From an uncultured virus (IMG/VR IMGVR_UViG_2703719318_000005) (lineage: Duplodnaviria > Heunggongvirae > Uroviricota > Caudoviricetes): a stretch of DNA of 64,000 bases. The translations under genes and the position numbers were made by a program. The DNA is taken from the IMG/VR virus record IMGVR_UViG_2703719318_000005, one strand, 5' to 3'. Under the pieces are notes generated by a model. It did no database searches. It had not been told where the DNA came from and was given only the letters and a program-made list of their open reading frames with translations. Position 1 is the first letter of the stretch. Each line of letters opens with the position of its first letter. Below, one piece after another: positions 49,339 through 60,085 of the stretch.

Positions 49339-50280
49339 ATGTTTTACGGATATTATTCGCTAAATTTGGAATTTAACAAGTCTATAACTGGACTTCCAGA
49401 TGTAAAAACCTCAGACCATAAATCAAGAGGACTAGATATAACAGTAATCAGTAATGGAGTTGTACAGAATACAACAGGAATGATTTTATGGTGTAGTGGA
49501 AAAACACCAAATGGTCGTACAGTTACACAACAAGCAGAATTGGAGGATGCTAGTGTAGGGCATTACATGCTTACTTTCCCTGATTCTATGTTAAATAAAG
49601 TAGGAGAAGTTAGCATTGAGTTAACACTTATAGATGGAGCTCAAACTCTTAGTACAAATACAGGAACTATCAATGTAATAGAAGCGGTAACTTCATTTGA
49701 AGATATGGAAGATGATCCTAATTATCCATCGTTGCTAAAGGCTATGAATATTATCACTGACATGAAAGCACAAATTGCAGCAATGCAAACTCAAATAGAC
49801 AGCTTGGAAAAGTTTGAGACAGGGTGTATTGTTATGTCACCAGTGGCTTTGGACTCACGTTTTTGGTTACCTATGGATGGTAGCATTACAGATTTGACTA
49901 ACTACCCAGCATTAAAATCAATATACCCAAATGGATTGCCAAACATATCTGGAAAAGTTCCAGTACAAATAGATAGTTCACAGGCTGAATTTAATACTCT
50001 TAATCAAACTGGAGGAGAAAAGGTGCACACTTTATCTACTGCAGAAATACCAAGCCACACACACCAATCCTATATTTACACTTCGCAAAGGGAAACACCA
50101 GCACATTACTGTTTGGTAGTACAAGGCTATGGTGGTAATTATGGATTCACCGACCGTGTAATGATATACAACAATGGGTTAACACCACAGGATGGCTATA
50201 TCTGTTCAGTAGGCGGTGGAGCTTCTCATAACAATTTACAGCCTTATTGTGTTATAGGAAAATTTTATGTTCACATATAA
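49339..50280 (+). CDS. BppU-like baseplate protein with tail-collar/fibre C-terminus
   Basis: BppU-type N-terminus; GGEKVHTLS.AEIPSHTH...GGGASHNNLQPY. Confidence 0.8.
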   Translation: MFYGYYSLNLEFNKSITGLPDVKTSDHKSRGLDITVISNGVVQNTTGMILWCSGKTPNGRTVTQQAELEDASVGHYMLTFPDSMLNKVGEVSIELTLIDGAQTLSTNTGTINVIEAVTSFEDMEDDPNYPSLLKAMNIITDMKAQIAAMQTQIDSLEKFETGCIVMSPVALDSRFWLPMDGSITDLTNYPALKSIYPNGLPNISGKVPVQIDSSQAEFNTLNQTGGEKVHTLSTAEIPSHTHQSYIYTSQRETPAHYCLVVQGYGGNYGFTDRVMIYNNGLTPQDGYICSVGGGASHNNLQPYCVIGKFYVHI

Positions 50281-50285
50281 GGTAG

Positions 50286-53200
50286 GTGAGACTTTTGATA
50301 ATACTTTATGATAAAAATAAGACCAATGGATTTAATAGAAATGATTTAGTTCTCCATAATGTAACCAAATGTGATGTTACATGGGAGAAAAACGGACAAT
50401 TTCAAATAGATTTGGTATATCCAATAATCCAAGGTGATACTGCATGGCAACAAATAGTTAAGGGTGCAATTATAAAATGTCCTGTAGCATATCAGCAGGA
50501 CCAGTTATTTAGGCTTAACACTCCATCAAAAAAGATGGACGAAAACAGCGGATATTTTTACTTGGAGATAACCGGCTATCACATTACTTACGACCTCAAC
50601 GACAATTTTCTTGAAGATGTTAGGCCAACCCAAAAAAGTGGTATTGAAGCAGGACGATATATTTTAGCCAATACACAATACTCACATCCCTTTAGATGGG
50701 TAGGGGATATTACAGATATAAACACAGCCTATTATATTAGAAAGAACCCAATAAACGCTCTTATAGGTGATGATGATAATTCTTATTTAAGTCGCTGGGG
50801 CGGAGAGCTTGTAAGGGACAATTTTAATATTGGTATGTACAAGCAAGCAGGGCAAAACAGGGGAATAGTAATACGATATTCTAAAAACTTAACAGGATTT
50901 GAACAAACTGGAGACGACAGCAACCTTATGACAAGGTGTTTACCTTATTGCACCATAGATACATCTTCTACGGATACTACAGGCACAACAACCACAGCAG
51001 AGACTAATACAGATGAAGACTTAAAACCAGTGCTGAAACTTCCTGAAAAGTATATTGACAGTCCTTTGATAAGCAATTATTCGCACCCATATGTAAAAGC
51101 AGTTGAGGTGCAGCTTACGACAGACCAGCAAAAACTTACGGATGAACAAAAATATACGGTAATGCGTAATTATGTGGCTGATTTATACAGCAATAAGCAC
51201 GTAGATGTGCCAGTATATAGCTATAGCGTAAACTTTATAGACCTTGCTAATACAGAGGAATATAAAGAATATGCTATATTGGAAGAAGTCAAACCATATG
51301 ACTATGTAACTGTAAAGGCTTTAGATGTAGATGTAATTGCAGAACTTGTAGGATATACTTTCAATAGCTTAATTAAGCAATATAACACCCTAACTCTTGG
51401 CAACATACAGAATGATATTATAAGGCACAATCAAAAGTCTTTATTTCAAATCAGCAAGCAGAACGAGCAAAGCATAAGGATACTACAAGCTCAAATGCAA
51501 GATGTACCTAATAGTATGCTAGATATTGTTACTCAAACAACAAGCGGTGGTAATAACTTGTTTGACCACTCTATATTAGAAGATAAATATACAAGTGAAT
51601 GGACTAATAACGGTGCGAGTGTGGTTTCTGATAACACTCTTCATGACACCGACAAAGTGTGGGAACTTCCGGCGGGTGCAAATGTAACAAAGCAAGACAT
51701 AATTCTTAACCCTGACAGTTATAAAGGTCAGCAACTTACTTTCAGCTTAAGTGCTAAATATAGTGGATTAGATATAACATATGACAGCAGTTTAGGGGCT
51801 GTTAGTTCAGCTAAACTAGGAAGTATCTCAATTAAATATAAGAAGTGTTTAGCTAACAGTATAGCAGGAAATTGGATTACTAATGGTAATACAGGTATTA
51901 TTACGGATTATATACCTATAGATGCTGGAAAAGCTTTTACGATATCTAATTCAGAAGGCTACGCTTACAAGTTGCTTGCGTATGACAGCAGTTATAATTT
52001 TGTAGAAGATTTTACGTCTAGTACATCAACCCCAAATTATCCTTTTATACGAGTAGAAATAGATAAATCGAATATGTATCCTGAGTCTATAACAGGATTT
52101 AGTATATATGAGAATACAGAGAGAGAATTTCAAGACGTAGCATATTTGTATGCTGATAGCGTAAGTAGTGATTGGAAAGTATGTTCAACTACATTTGCAC
52201 TGGCAACGGCAAATTCAAGTGATGTAATTACTCATGTGAATTTTACAGCTTCAAATGAAGATAGTTCTGGGACTATTTATGTGGCTGGCTTTATGCTGAA
52301 CACCGGAACTGTACGTTCTGATTATTCCCAAAGTAGTAATGATACTGTACAAACACTAAGAGTTCATGAAGTAATAACTGATTATGTGCAGTCCAAGAAA
52401 GCTGACATAGATAATCTACATGCTGCTTTAATAACTGTAGATGATTTACAAGCTAAAAGTGTTGAAGTTGATAATTTAAAGGCTAGTGTAGGCGAATTTA
52501 TAAACTTAGATACTAACACCTTAAAGGCTCAAATTATTACTGCCAACAATATAAAAACTGGTACAATTACAGCAGATAGTGGAATTATCGCAACTGGTGC
52601 AATCCAAACTGCTCAAATAGCGGATGGTTCAGTAACAGATGAAAAAGTTGTAAGTATGACAGCAAATAAATTAACAGCTGGTGAAATTGATGCGAGTAAA
52701 ATAGAGGTTATTAACTTAAACTGTGCAAGCCTTACAGTTGGAACTATTAACGGACAGCAGATTTCTAAAGGGGCTATAACAATAGATAAGCTAGAAAGTT
52801 CTATTGGAACAGCCATTGAAAGTGCACAGGGGAAGAGTAAAAATTTTTATGGAGCTGATATACCTTCTAATCCATCTAAAGGCGACTTATGGATGAAGCC
52901 TGTTGATGGTGGAATAAAGCCACAACAATGGGATGGCAGTTCTTGGGTTGATATGACAGATATAACAGCAATTAAAGCACAGGAGGGACTAAATAATTTA
53001 AGTGTTGGGGTTAATAACTTAATTAGGAATGGAGATTTTAGTCAAGGCGTAAAACCAGGAACTACAGCACCTTATTATTGGGGATTTTGGGGACCAGAGA
53101 GTCCAGAGGTTTTTGGCTCACAAGGAGTAGCTCCTTATAATCTACCACGCACACTTTATATTGGGCATAGAACAGTTAATAGTGGTATATCTCAAGATGT

Positions 53201-55193
53201 AACAAATTTTGTGAAACCCAATACAACTTATACTGTACTTTTTAGTTCGCACAAGGAGGGTGTAGATAATGTATATACTCAAATAGAATATTATGATAGT
53301 AATAGCACTTACTTGAGTGATAATGTTTTTAGTTATAACTATTCAATACCTGATACGCTTCAGTGTTTTACATTCACTACTCCAAGTAATTTTGGTAAGG
53401 CACTATTTGCTCATGGTGGTACTGCTCAAATATGGCAGAGTGGTTATTTAACTACATTAGGAAATGTAACACTTGTAGAAGGCAATAAAGCACCAAGTGG
53501 ATGGGTGCCAAATCTAGCTGATATGGAGGATGCCAGCTTTTTAAGAACAGGAACAATAAATGCAGATAGAATTGGAGCTAATTCCATAACCGCAGATAAA
53601 CTTGTGGCTGGAAGTATAACTTCAGCAAGTGGCGTTATAGGTGCTTTAGATGCAGGCGCTATTACTACAGGTGTAATAAATGCAGAAAGACTAGGAGCAG
53701 AGACTATTACTACAGATAAGATTTATTGCAATGGAAGTTTAAACAATGTTGCTCTTAATGTAAATGTTAATTATTCATCTGGCACTCAAAGTTCAGGAGG
53801 TATGTGTGCTCAAGGGCACCTTAGTACTGGAGTGTGGGGAGTTACTCAATACCCATCTACAGCCATAGTAGACTTAGGTGGGGAAATAAATCAAATTAGA
53901 GAAATTTCATTTGACACGTTCTTCCCAACAGATGGTCGTTACATACCTAAAAGTTATTTATTACAAGGTTCTACTGATGGTACTACTTGGACAACTATTG
54001 CAGATGTAACTGACTTTATACCAACTAGCGGTACTTTTATACGTCATGCCTTATATGGAGCTTTTAGGTATATATCTTTAATAGTAAGAGCACCTCAAGA
54101 TAATCAAAGCTCTGTTAATATATCTAACTTTAAAGTTATGTGTATGCAAGGTGGTACTATAATAGATGGCAATATGATTTTAACAGGTTCTATAGAAGCA
54201 ACCAGGATTCATGCTAACACCATTACAGGAGATAAGTTAGTAGAAGATGCAATTACGGCTAGAGAAATAGCTTCTAAAACTATAACCGCCAATGAAATAG
54301 CGAGCAATACAATAACGGCAGATAAAATACAGGCTGGTACACTTACAAGTGCTAGTGGAGTTTTTGGCGATATAAGTGCAGATAATATAAAAACAGGAAC
54401 TTTAGATGCAAGTATAGTAAATGTAACTAATTTAAATGCTAGTAACATTACTAGCGGAACTATTACAGCAGACAGGATAAATGGTGGTACTTTAACTTTG
54501 GGTGGTGGAAACAATGGTAATGGACTAGAAATTGTTAAAGATGATAGAGGACTAGAAATTGTACGAGTGGATAACAACGGATTAACCATTACAATGCAGT
54601 TAACTCCAGATGGCTATGGATTAAATCGGGCTTTTGAAATAAAAGCTTATAATGGAGATGTACTAATGACAATAGATGGTCAAGGACAAATGAACTACTA
54701 TGGTGCTATGGCTGTACGTTCTCTTGAAACTACTGGAAATATGATTACTTATGCAGATGGTAAACAGGCTTTGAAAACAGCAAATGTTATTGAAATGTCT
54801 GTAATAAATGACGCTAACAATGATAATTCAACATATTTAGCAGTAAATACCTCATTACACAATAGAGGTATACAGTCTTGGATATCTGATATAAGATTAA
54901 AAGAAAATATAAAAGACAGTGAAGTTGATGCTTTATCAAAGATATGCGCTATAAAGTGCAGACAATTCGATTGGAAAGAGAGTCATACCCATCAAGACTT
55001 GGGTGTTGTATCACAAGAGCTTAGAAAAATTGAACCTACAATGGCTTATGGAGTTAAACAACCTGATGATAGCCTACTTTATCAACCAGATGAGTCTATA
55101 CTGATACCCTATTTAATTAAATCTGTTCAACAGCTTAAACAAGAAATAGAAACCTTAAAAACTGAAATATCACAATTGAAAGGAAGTATATAA
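50286..55193 (+). CDS. Tail spike / central fibre: prophage-tail N-terminus, carbohydrate-binding-like inserts, C-terminal S74 chaperone
   Basis: RWGGEL.RDNF, IRYSKNL, NLIRNGDF, discoidin-like (VDLG...GSTDG.TW), SDIRLKENI. Confidence 0.88.
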   Translation: MRLLIILYDKNKTNGFNRNDLVLHNVTKCDVTWEKNGQFQIDLVYPIIQGDTAWQQIVKGAIIKCPVAYQQDQLFRLNTPSKKMDENSGYFYLEITGYHITYDLNDNFLEDVRPTQKSGIEAGRYILANTQYSHPFRWVGDITDINTAYYIRKNPINALIGDDDNSYLSRWGGELVRDNFNIGMYKQAGQNRGIVIRYSKNLTGFEQTGDDSNLMTRCLPYCTIDTSSTDTTGTTTTAETNTDEDLKPVLKLPEKYIDSPLISNYSHPYVKAVEVQLTTDQQKLTDEQKYTVMRNYVADLYSNKHVDVPVYSYSVNFIDLANTEEYKEYAILEEVKPYDYVTVKALDVDVIAELVGYTFNSLIKQYNTLTLGNIQNDIIRHNQKSLFQISKQNEQSIRILQAQMQDVPNSMLDIVTQTTSGGNNLFDHSILEDKYTSEWTNNGASVVSDNTLHDTDKVWELPAGANVTKQDIILNPDSYKGQQLTFSLSAKYSGLDITYDSSLGAVSSAKLGSISIKYKKCLANSIAGNWITNGNTGIITDYIPIDAGKAFTISNSEGYAYKLLAYDSSYNFVEDFTSSTSTPNYPFIRVEIDKSNMYPESITGFSIYENTEREFQDVAYLYADSVSSDWKVCSTTFALATANSSDVITHVNFTASNEDSSGTIYVAGFMLNTGTVRSDYSQSSNDTVQTLRVHEVITDYVQSKKADIDNLHAALITVDDLQAKSVEVDNLKASVGEFINLDTNTLKAQIITANNIKTGTITADSGIIATGAIQTAQIADGSVTDEKVVSMTANKLTAGEIDASKIEVINLNCASLTVGTINGQQISKGAITIDKLESSIGTAIESAQGKSKNFYGADIPSNPSKGDLWMKPVDGGIKPQQWDGSSWVDMTDITAIKAQEGLNNLSVGVNNLIRNGDFSQGVKPGTTAPYYWGFWGPESPEVFGSQGVAPYNLPRTLYIGHRTVNSGISQDVTNFVKPNTTYTVLFSSHKEGVDNVYTQIEYYDSNSTYLSDNVFSYNYSIPDTLQCFTFTTPSNFGKALFAHGGTAQIWQSGYLTTLGNVTLVEGNKAPSGWVPNLADMEDASFLRTGTINADRIGANSITADKLVAGSITSASGVIGALDAGAITTGVINAERLGAETITTDKIYCNGSLNNVALNVNVNYSSGTQSSGGMCAQGHLSTGVWGVTQYPSTAIVDLGGEINQIREISFDTFFPTDGRYIPKSYLLQGSTDGTTWTTIADVTDFIPTSGTFIRHALYGAFRYISLIVRAPQDNQSSVNISNFKVMCMQGGTIIDGNMILTGSIEATRIHANTITGDKLVEDAITAREIASKTITANEIASNTITADKIQAGTLTSASGVFGDISADNIKTGTLDASIVNVTNLNASNITSGTITADRINGGTLTLGGGNNGNGLEIVKDDRGLEIVRVDNNGLTITMQLTPDGYGLNRAFEIKAYNGDVLMTIDGQGQMNYYGAMAVRSLETTGNMITYADGKQALKTANVIEMSVINDANNDNSTYLAVNTSLHNRGIQSWISDIRLKENIKDSEVDALSKICAIKCRQFDWKESHTHQDLGVVSQELRKIEPTMAYGVKQPDDSLLYQPDESILIPYLIKSVQQLKQEIETLKTEISQLKGSI

Positions 55194-55194
55194 A

Positions 55195-55479
55195 ATGGAG
55201 TATACAAACATTCAAAATTCAACAAAAGATGGCTTGAGTGAGGTTTTAAAAATACCTGTAAGAGCTTATGACCTTAATGGTAATCACACTGACTTAGGTG
55301 TGTTGTATAGTGAAATGGCCGTGGTAGAACCTGATCTTGCACATAAATATCCTGGACTCGAAGATTACATGCCTAATGAAAGTGCACTTTTTAGCTATTT
55401 CATAGATTCAATTCAAAGGCTTAATGGAAAAATAACTAGTTTAGAATCAGAAATAGCAGACTTAAAGGCATCCAAATAG
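55195..55479 (+). CDS. Stand-alone S74 chaperone-like protein
   Basis: Aligns by eye to the C-terminal domain of the preceding gene. Confidence 0.6.
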   Translation: MEYTNIQNSTKDGLSEVLKIPVRAYDLNGNHTDLGVLYSEMAVVEPDLAHKYPGLEDYMPNESALFSYFIDSIQRLNGKITSLESEIADLKASK

Positions 55480-55510
55480 GTGTCTATTTTTATTTTTAGG
55501 AGGTAATAAA

Positions 55511-55768
55511 GTGAGTGAGAATTATGACAAAGAATTATGTGAAGAGCACCACAAAGTTATAAATGATAAACTTGATCTGCACAATTTGAGATTGAACGAA
55601 CATAGTGACAGACTTAAGAAATTGGAGACAAGGTCCTCCGCAGTTGATGAAAAAGTTGAGAATCTATGTGAGCAGTTAAAAAATTTAGTCAGCACATTAA
55701 AATGGGGTTTTGGTATATTAGTTACCATTACCCTTTTTGTTTTGGGATATTTAATAAAAATAAAATAA
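55511..55768 (+). CDS. XhlA-like lysis protein
   Basis: Coiled coil plus C-terminal TM helix; LCEQLKNLVSTLKW. Confidence 0.8.
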   Translation: MSENYDKELCEEHHKVINDKLDLHNLRLNEHSDRLKKLETRSSAVDEKVENLCEQLKNLVSTLKWGFGILVTITLFVLGYLIKIK

Positions 55769-55781
55769 AGAAGGGATCAAA

Positions 55782-56762
55782 TTGAAAAATAAAATAATAA
55801 GTTTAGTAGTAGCATTTACTTGTGTATCTGCTACTTTTTTTATGCCCAAAAATGTACATGCTCAGACATATAAGGGTATTGATATTTATGAATATGACAA
55901 CATACAGGATTGGAACACTGTAAAGAATAGTGGGGTTTCTGTGGTTATACAGAAGGCCACAGAAGGACTATATCATAATGATAGTTTACTCAATTATAGA
56001 TACCCTAAAATAACTAGTATAGGACTTAAAATTGGCTATTATCACTTTGCAAACAATTCAGGAGATCCTGTAGGTGAAGCACAACACTTTTTAAGCAGAA
56101 TACAAGGACTTCATTCAGACACTTGCTTATGGTTGGACATAGAAAATCAACCAAATTGGAAAAAACAACAGGCTATAGCTTATACAAATCAGTTTATATC
56201 TTATGTACAGAGTCAAGGTTATAAAATAGGGGTTTACACAGGTTTAAGCTTCTATTATGAATACCTTCAAGGGAATATACCTAGTAACATTCCTTTATGG
56301 TTAGCAAGCTATGGACGACAGCCTTTACAGTATCCAAGCTTAGTAAGTTGGCAGTATTCAGAAAGTGGAAACTTACCAGGTGTTGTTGGGAATGTAGATA
56401 CTGATTATTTCAATGACAGCATTTTTACAGGACAAGCACCTAATAGTACAAGTACTGCAACTACCAAAACCAATATAGATACATCCATATCAAGCCTACA
56501 AAATGAATTAAATAGACAAGGTTATGGAAATTTAAAAGTGGACAATATTGCAGGAAGAAGAACCTTATCAACATGCCCAACAGTTCACAAAGGTTCAAGA
56601 GGGAATATAACTAAGTGGATTCAGCAAAGACTTGGAGTTACTGCAGATGGCATAAATGGGTACCAAACTCAAGTAGCTATTAAAAATTTTCAAAGAGCAC
56701 AGGGGCTATATTTAGATGGAATAGTTGGCAAAAATACATGGAGAGCATTACTAGGACTATAG
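55782..56762 (+). CDS. GH25 endolysin with signal peptide and peptidoglycan-binding domains
   Basis: GIDIY, KATEG, GYYHFA, LDIE, WQYS, DGIVGKNTW. Confidence 0.92.
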   Translation: MKNKIISLVVAFTCVSATFFMPKNVHAQTYKGIDIYEYDNIQDWNTVKNSGVSVVIQKATEGLYHNDSLLNYRYPKITSIGLKIGYYHFANNSGDPVGEAQHFLSRIQGLHSDTCLWLDIENQPNWKKQQAIAYTNQFISYVQSQGYKIGVYTGLSFYYEYLQGNIPSNIPLWLASYGRQPLQYPSLVSWQYSESGNLPGVVGNVDTDYFNDSIFTGQAPNSTSTATTKTNIDTSISSLQNELNRQGYGNLKVDNIAGRRTLSTCPTVHKGSRGNITKWIQQRLGVTADGINGYQTQVAIKNFQRAQGLYLDGIVGKNTWRALLGL

Positions 56763-56812
56763 AAATATAGTTCTTTTTAATATAAAAAATATAATTTTGG
56801 AGGTAAATATAA

Positions 56813-57376
56813 ATGGAAAAATATAATTTTATAATTGCAATGGTAATAATTTTAGGGGTATGTGGAGCAGGATTTGTTTTTGCATATTTAAAAAAGAAAG
56901 GATTTAAAACAGGCACCGTTTTAGCTGAAGCACAAACAATAGTTGGAGATGTAGGAACTGCAATAAGGGCGGCGGAGTCTTTAGCACCTAATAACAGAAC
57001 ATTAAATTTATTAGATACAATTGATAAAATAGTATATAAATCTGTTATGGGAACAAATCAAATGTATATATCATCACAGTTACCAGCAGATCAAAGAAAA
57101 GATAATGCAAAAAAACTTATATCAGCAGGACTAAAAATAGCTAACATAAGCGAGACTCCATCTTTAGATATATTTATAGATGCAGTACTAGAGCAGACTA
57201 TATATGACTCTAAAACAGATACAGAAAAGAAAAACCAAGAACAAAACACTTTGCAGGCTCAAATTACTCAGCTTACAGCAGAAAAAGCACAATTACAGGC
57301 TAGCAATACAGATTTAGCAAATAAAAATACAGAGCTTAGCAATAAGCTAAACACAGTGTTAAGTACTGTAAAATAA
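56813..57376 (+). CDS. Holin-like membrane protein with coiled-coil tail
   Basis: N-terminal TM helix, next to endolysin. Confidence 0.6.
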   Translation: MEKYNFIIAMVIILGVCGAGFVFAYLKKKGFKTGTVLAEAQTIVGDVGTAIRAAESLAPNNRTLNLLDTIDKIVYKSVMGTNQMYISSQLPADQRKDNAKKLISAGLKIANISETPSLDIFIDAVLEQTIYDSKTDTEKKNQEQNTLQAQITQLTAEKAQLQASNTDLANKNTELSNKLNTVLSTVK

Positions 57377-57619
57377 TAATAAGTTTTTAAATATAAATTA
57401 CTTAAAAATAGTTATTTTATATAAAAACAAATCATAAATAAAACAATGTAAATAAATTGAATTAAAGTAAAAATAAATACTATAGTGTAAATTTTGTTGA
57501 ATCTTACAAGTACATGCTTTATAATAAAGTGAAAGGTAATCGAAAAAGATTACTTTATGCGATATAGAATTATATATAATATCTAAGAACTTATGATTTG
57601 GATGGGGGAAACTTATTTT

Positions 57620-58699
57620 ATGGAGTTGAAGGAATATAAAACTATATTAATGGAGACAATTACTAATGAATATCCTTTGTATTTTCAAAAAACTTTGTTG
57701 AAAAAATTTCAAGATAAGGGTTTGATTTTTAGGGATGGAAGAAAAACTAATGTTGATAATCTTTTAGATGTTACATGTTATAGTAAAGAAAGAGATCAAT
57801 TAAAGCTTGCAATAGAGAGCATGGATAATTGTATTAAAGAATGTGAAGAATTTGAGTATGAAAAAGGATATAGATATTGTGCTATTTTTAAATTTAGGCA
57901 ATATAATGAAAATATTGTTAATAAATTAGTAAATGAAAAACAAATTTTTAAGTATAATGAGAATAATATTTTTGATGATAATTTGTATGAATATCCAGCG
58001 TTTCCAACATATAAAGAAAACGGAGATTATGCATTTTTAAAGTTTGGTTTTATGCTGAATAATAAAGAAGAAACTAATAGCTTTATGAAATATCCTGTTT
58101 TAGTGGTAATAAATAAAAAATTAAAAATAATAGAAATAAGATTAGATACTGTATCTTTTAAATATAAGAACAAGGAAAATTTTTATGAAGATAAAATTGG
58201 TAGAGTAAAATCATGGATTAGAAGGTATTTAGATTTATCAATAGAAGATATAGATTTTCAAGCTGTAACTAAATACATGAGAAGTAATAAAGCTGATGAA
58301 GTTACTATAACTGCCCTTAAAATGGTTAGAGATGGTATGGTGGCAAGTTTAGATGCGTGTTCTAATGAAGAAATGACTATACCAATTTTGGGTGAATTAA
58401 AAGAATTAATATTAAAATGTAATACTATGTTTGTGGTTAACGATGATACTATCAAAATAAAAGAATTGCTAAACAATTTTATAAAAAAGATAGAAGAAAC
58501 TTCTGACTTACCATCGGTAAAAATATTTTGGCATATAAAAAGAATAAAACTATTAGTTATGCATTCATATAAAGAAAAATCATACAGCTTATTTAAATAT
58601 TCTGATGAATTGGAAGATAAGGAGAGAATGAATTATGTTACAAACTACCTTGTTGAATGTGAAGAAGAGCTTAGAAAACAATTCCAAATTGAACAATAA
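57620..58699 (+). CDS. Hypothetical protein, gene 1 of candidate defence operon
   Basis: AT-rich ORF with GGGGGA RBS, overlaps gene 2. Confidence 0.7.
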   Translation: MELKEYKTILMETITNEYPLYFQKTLLKKFQDKGLIFRDGRKTNVDNLLDVTCYSKERDQLKLAIESMDNCIKECEEFEYEKGYRYCAIFKFRQYNENIVNKLVNEKQIFKYNENNIFDDNLYEYPAFPTYKENGDYAFLKFGFMLNNKEETNSFMKYPVLVVINKKLKIIEIRLDTVSFKYKNKENFYEDKIGRVKSWIRRYLDLSIEDIDFQAVTKYMRSNKADEVTITALKMVRDGMVASLDACSNEEMTIPILGELKELILKCNTMFVVNDDTIKIKELLNNFIKKIEETSDLPSVKIFWHIKRIKLLVMHSYKEKSYSLFKYSDELEDKERMNYVTNYLVECEEELRKQFQIEQ

Positions 58700-59003
58700 A
58701 CAGATAGAGTTATTAGTAGACAACATGGAGTTATGGGATTTAAATCATATAGTATATCCAAGCCAAATTAAAAGCATGTTATTCATTAAATATAAGAGTG
58801 TGTATGAAGTTTTAGATGTAATAAGAGATTTAGGAATTTTAGAATATAATTATCAAATTTATTGCAGTAAATGTGAACGATTTTTAGACAAAAAAATATT
58901 AAGAAGCTTAAATGAATTTCCAGAAGTATTATACTGTGATGAAAATCATAAATTGAAATCTTTAGAAGATACTATTTTAATATATAGGGTGATTAAAGAA
59001 TGA
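58635..59003 (+). CDS. Small protein with Cys/His motif, gene 2 of operon
   Basis: CSKC...CDENH; ATGA overlap with gene 3. Confidence 0.65.
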   Translation: MLQTTLLNVKKSLENNSKLNNKQIELLVDNMELWDLNHIVYPSQIKSMLFIKYKSVYEVLDVIRDLGILEYNYQIYCSKCERFLDKKILRSLNEFPEVLYCDENHKLKSLEDTILIYRVIKE

Positions 59004-59785
59004 GTGACTTAGGAGGATTAAGTCTGTTAGAAAAGATAAATATGGATATAGAAAAAGCTGATTTCAATAGTGATAAAGAGCGTGAAGATATCAAACTCAA
59101 AGTATTAAATAAATATACTCGATGGAGTTGCAATGATTATTTACAGTATGAAAGATTACTTGATAAATTGAAGGAAGAGAAAGATAAGAAACACTGTAGT
59201 CAGGTTGAAATTGGCAAGGCATTAGAAAATATAGTGACATTTATATTTGAAAAAAGTTATTTTTATAAGGTATATCCTAATAAAAGGACAAGTACTCATG
59301 AAATAGATCAGTTTGTAGTGCTAAGTGATAAGGGAGAACAAGCAATTTATGATTATCACTTTTCACGTAAATTATTAATATCAGAGCAAGACTATTTTTT
59401 ATGTGAGTGTAAAAATTATAAAACCAAAGTTCAAGCTACATGGGTTGGAAAGTTCTATACTTTGCTAAAAGTATCAGGAGATTGTACTGTAGGTATAATT
59501 TTTTCGTGTAATGGACTAACAGGAAAAGAAAATAATTGGTATGATGGACATGGATTGACTAAAACAATTTATAGAATAAGCAATAGTACCCAACACACAT
59601 ATATTCTTGATTTCAATCTAAATGACTTTAAGCTATTATTAGACAATAAAAATACAATATTTAGTATAATACTTAATAAGAAAAGGGCGTTAGTAGCTAA
59701 TGTAAAATCAGTAAATTTGATAGATAGTGATTACCTAAACAATAATGAAATTGAGAAAATATATAAAGAAATATCTCAAGGATAG
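59000..59785 (+). CDS. PD-(D/E)xK restriction-endonuclease-like protein
   Basis: GKALE...HEIDQFV...CECKNY...GIIFS, Mrr-like arrangement. Confidence 0.75.
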   Translation: MSDLGGLSLLEKINMDIEKADFNSDKEREDIKLKVLNKYTRWSCNDYLQYERLLDKLKEEKDKKHCSQVEIGKALENIVTFIFEKSYFYKVYPNKRTSTHEIDQFVVLSDKGEQAIYDYHFSRKLLISEQDYFLCECKNYKTKVQATWVGKFYTLLKVSGDCTVGIIFSCNGLTGKENNWYDGHGLTKTIYRISNSTQHTYILDFNLNDFKLLLDNKNTIFSIILNKKRALVANVKSVNLIDSDYLNNNEIEKIYKEISQG

Positions 59786-59820
59786 AATAATGTTATACTA
59801 GTAATATGATTAATTATTAA

Positions 59821-59851
59821 AAAAGCTGCGAATTAGTTTTCGTGGCTTTTT
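59821..59851 (+). terminator. Intrinsic terminator
   Basis: AAAAGCTGCGAA...TTCGTGGCTTTT. Confidence 0.7.
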
Positions 59852-60085
59852 AGTCATTAAATAAGCTTTTAGCAGCCACTTCTACAGTAATAAACAAAAT
59901 ATTTTTACATAATTAAATGCACTTTATATTCTAAAAACAGTATTTTATATTGCAAAAACCTCTTAAATCCCAAAATAAAGCATTATCCTTTAGCGAGTAA
60001 AAGTTATAAAATAAAATAACTTTTACTCAATTTATAAAAAAGTATCCCTAGAGTAGTAAAAACTATTTTAGGGATCTTTTTATAA

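Noticed and set aside
49339..55479. Diversity-generating retroelement or invertible tail-fibre system
   Set aside because: No reverse transcriptase, no template/variable repeat pair and no adjacent invertase seen
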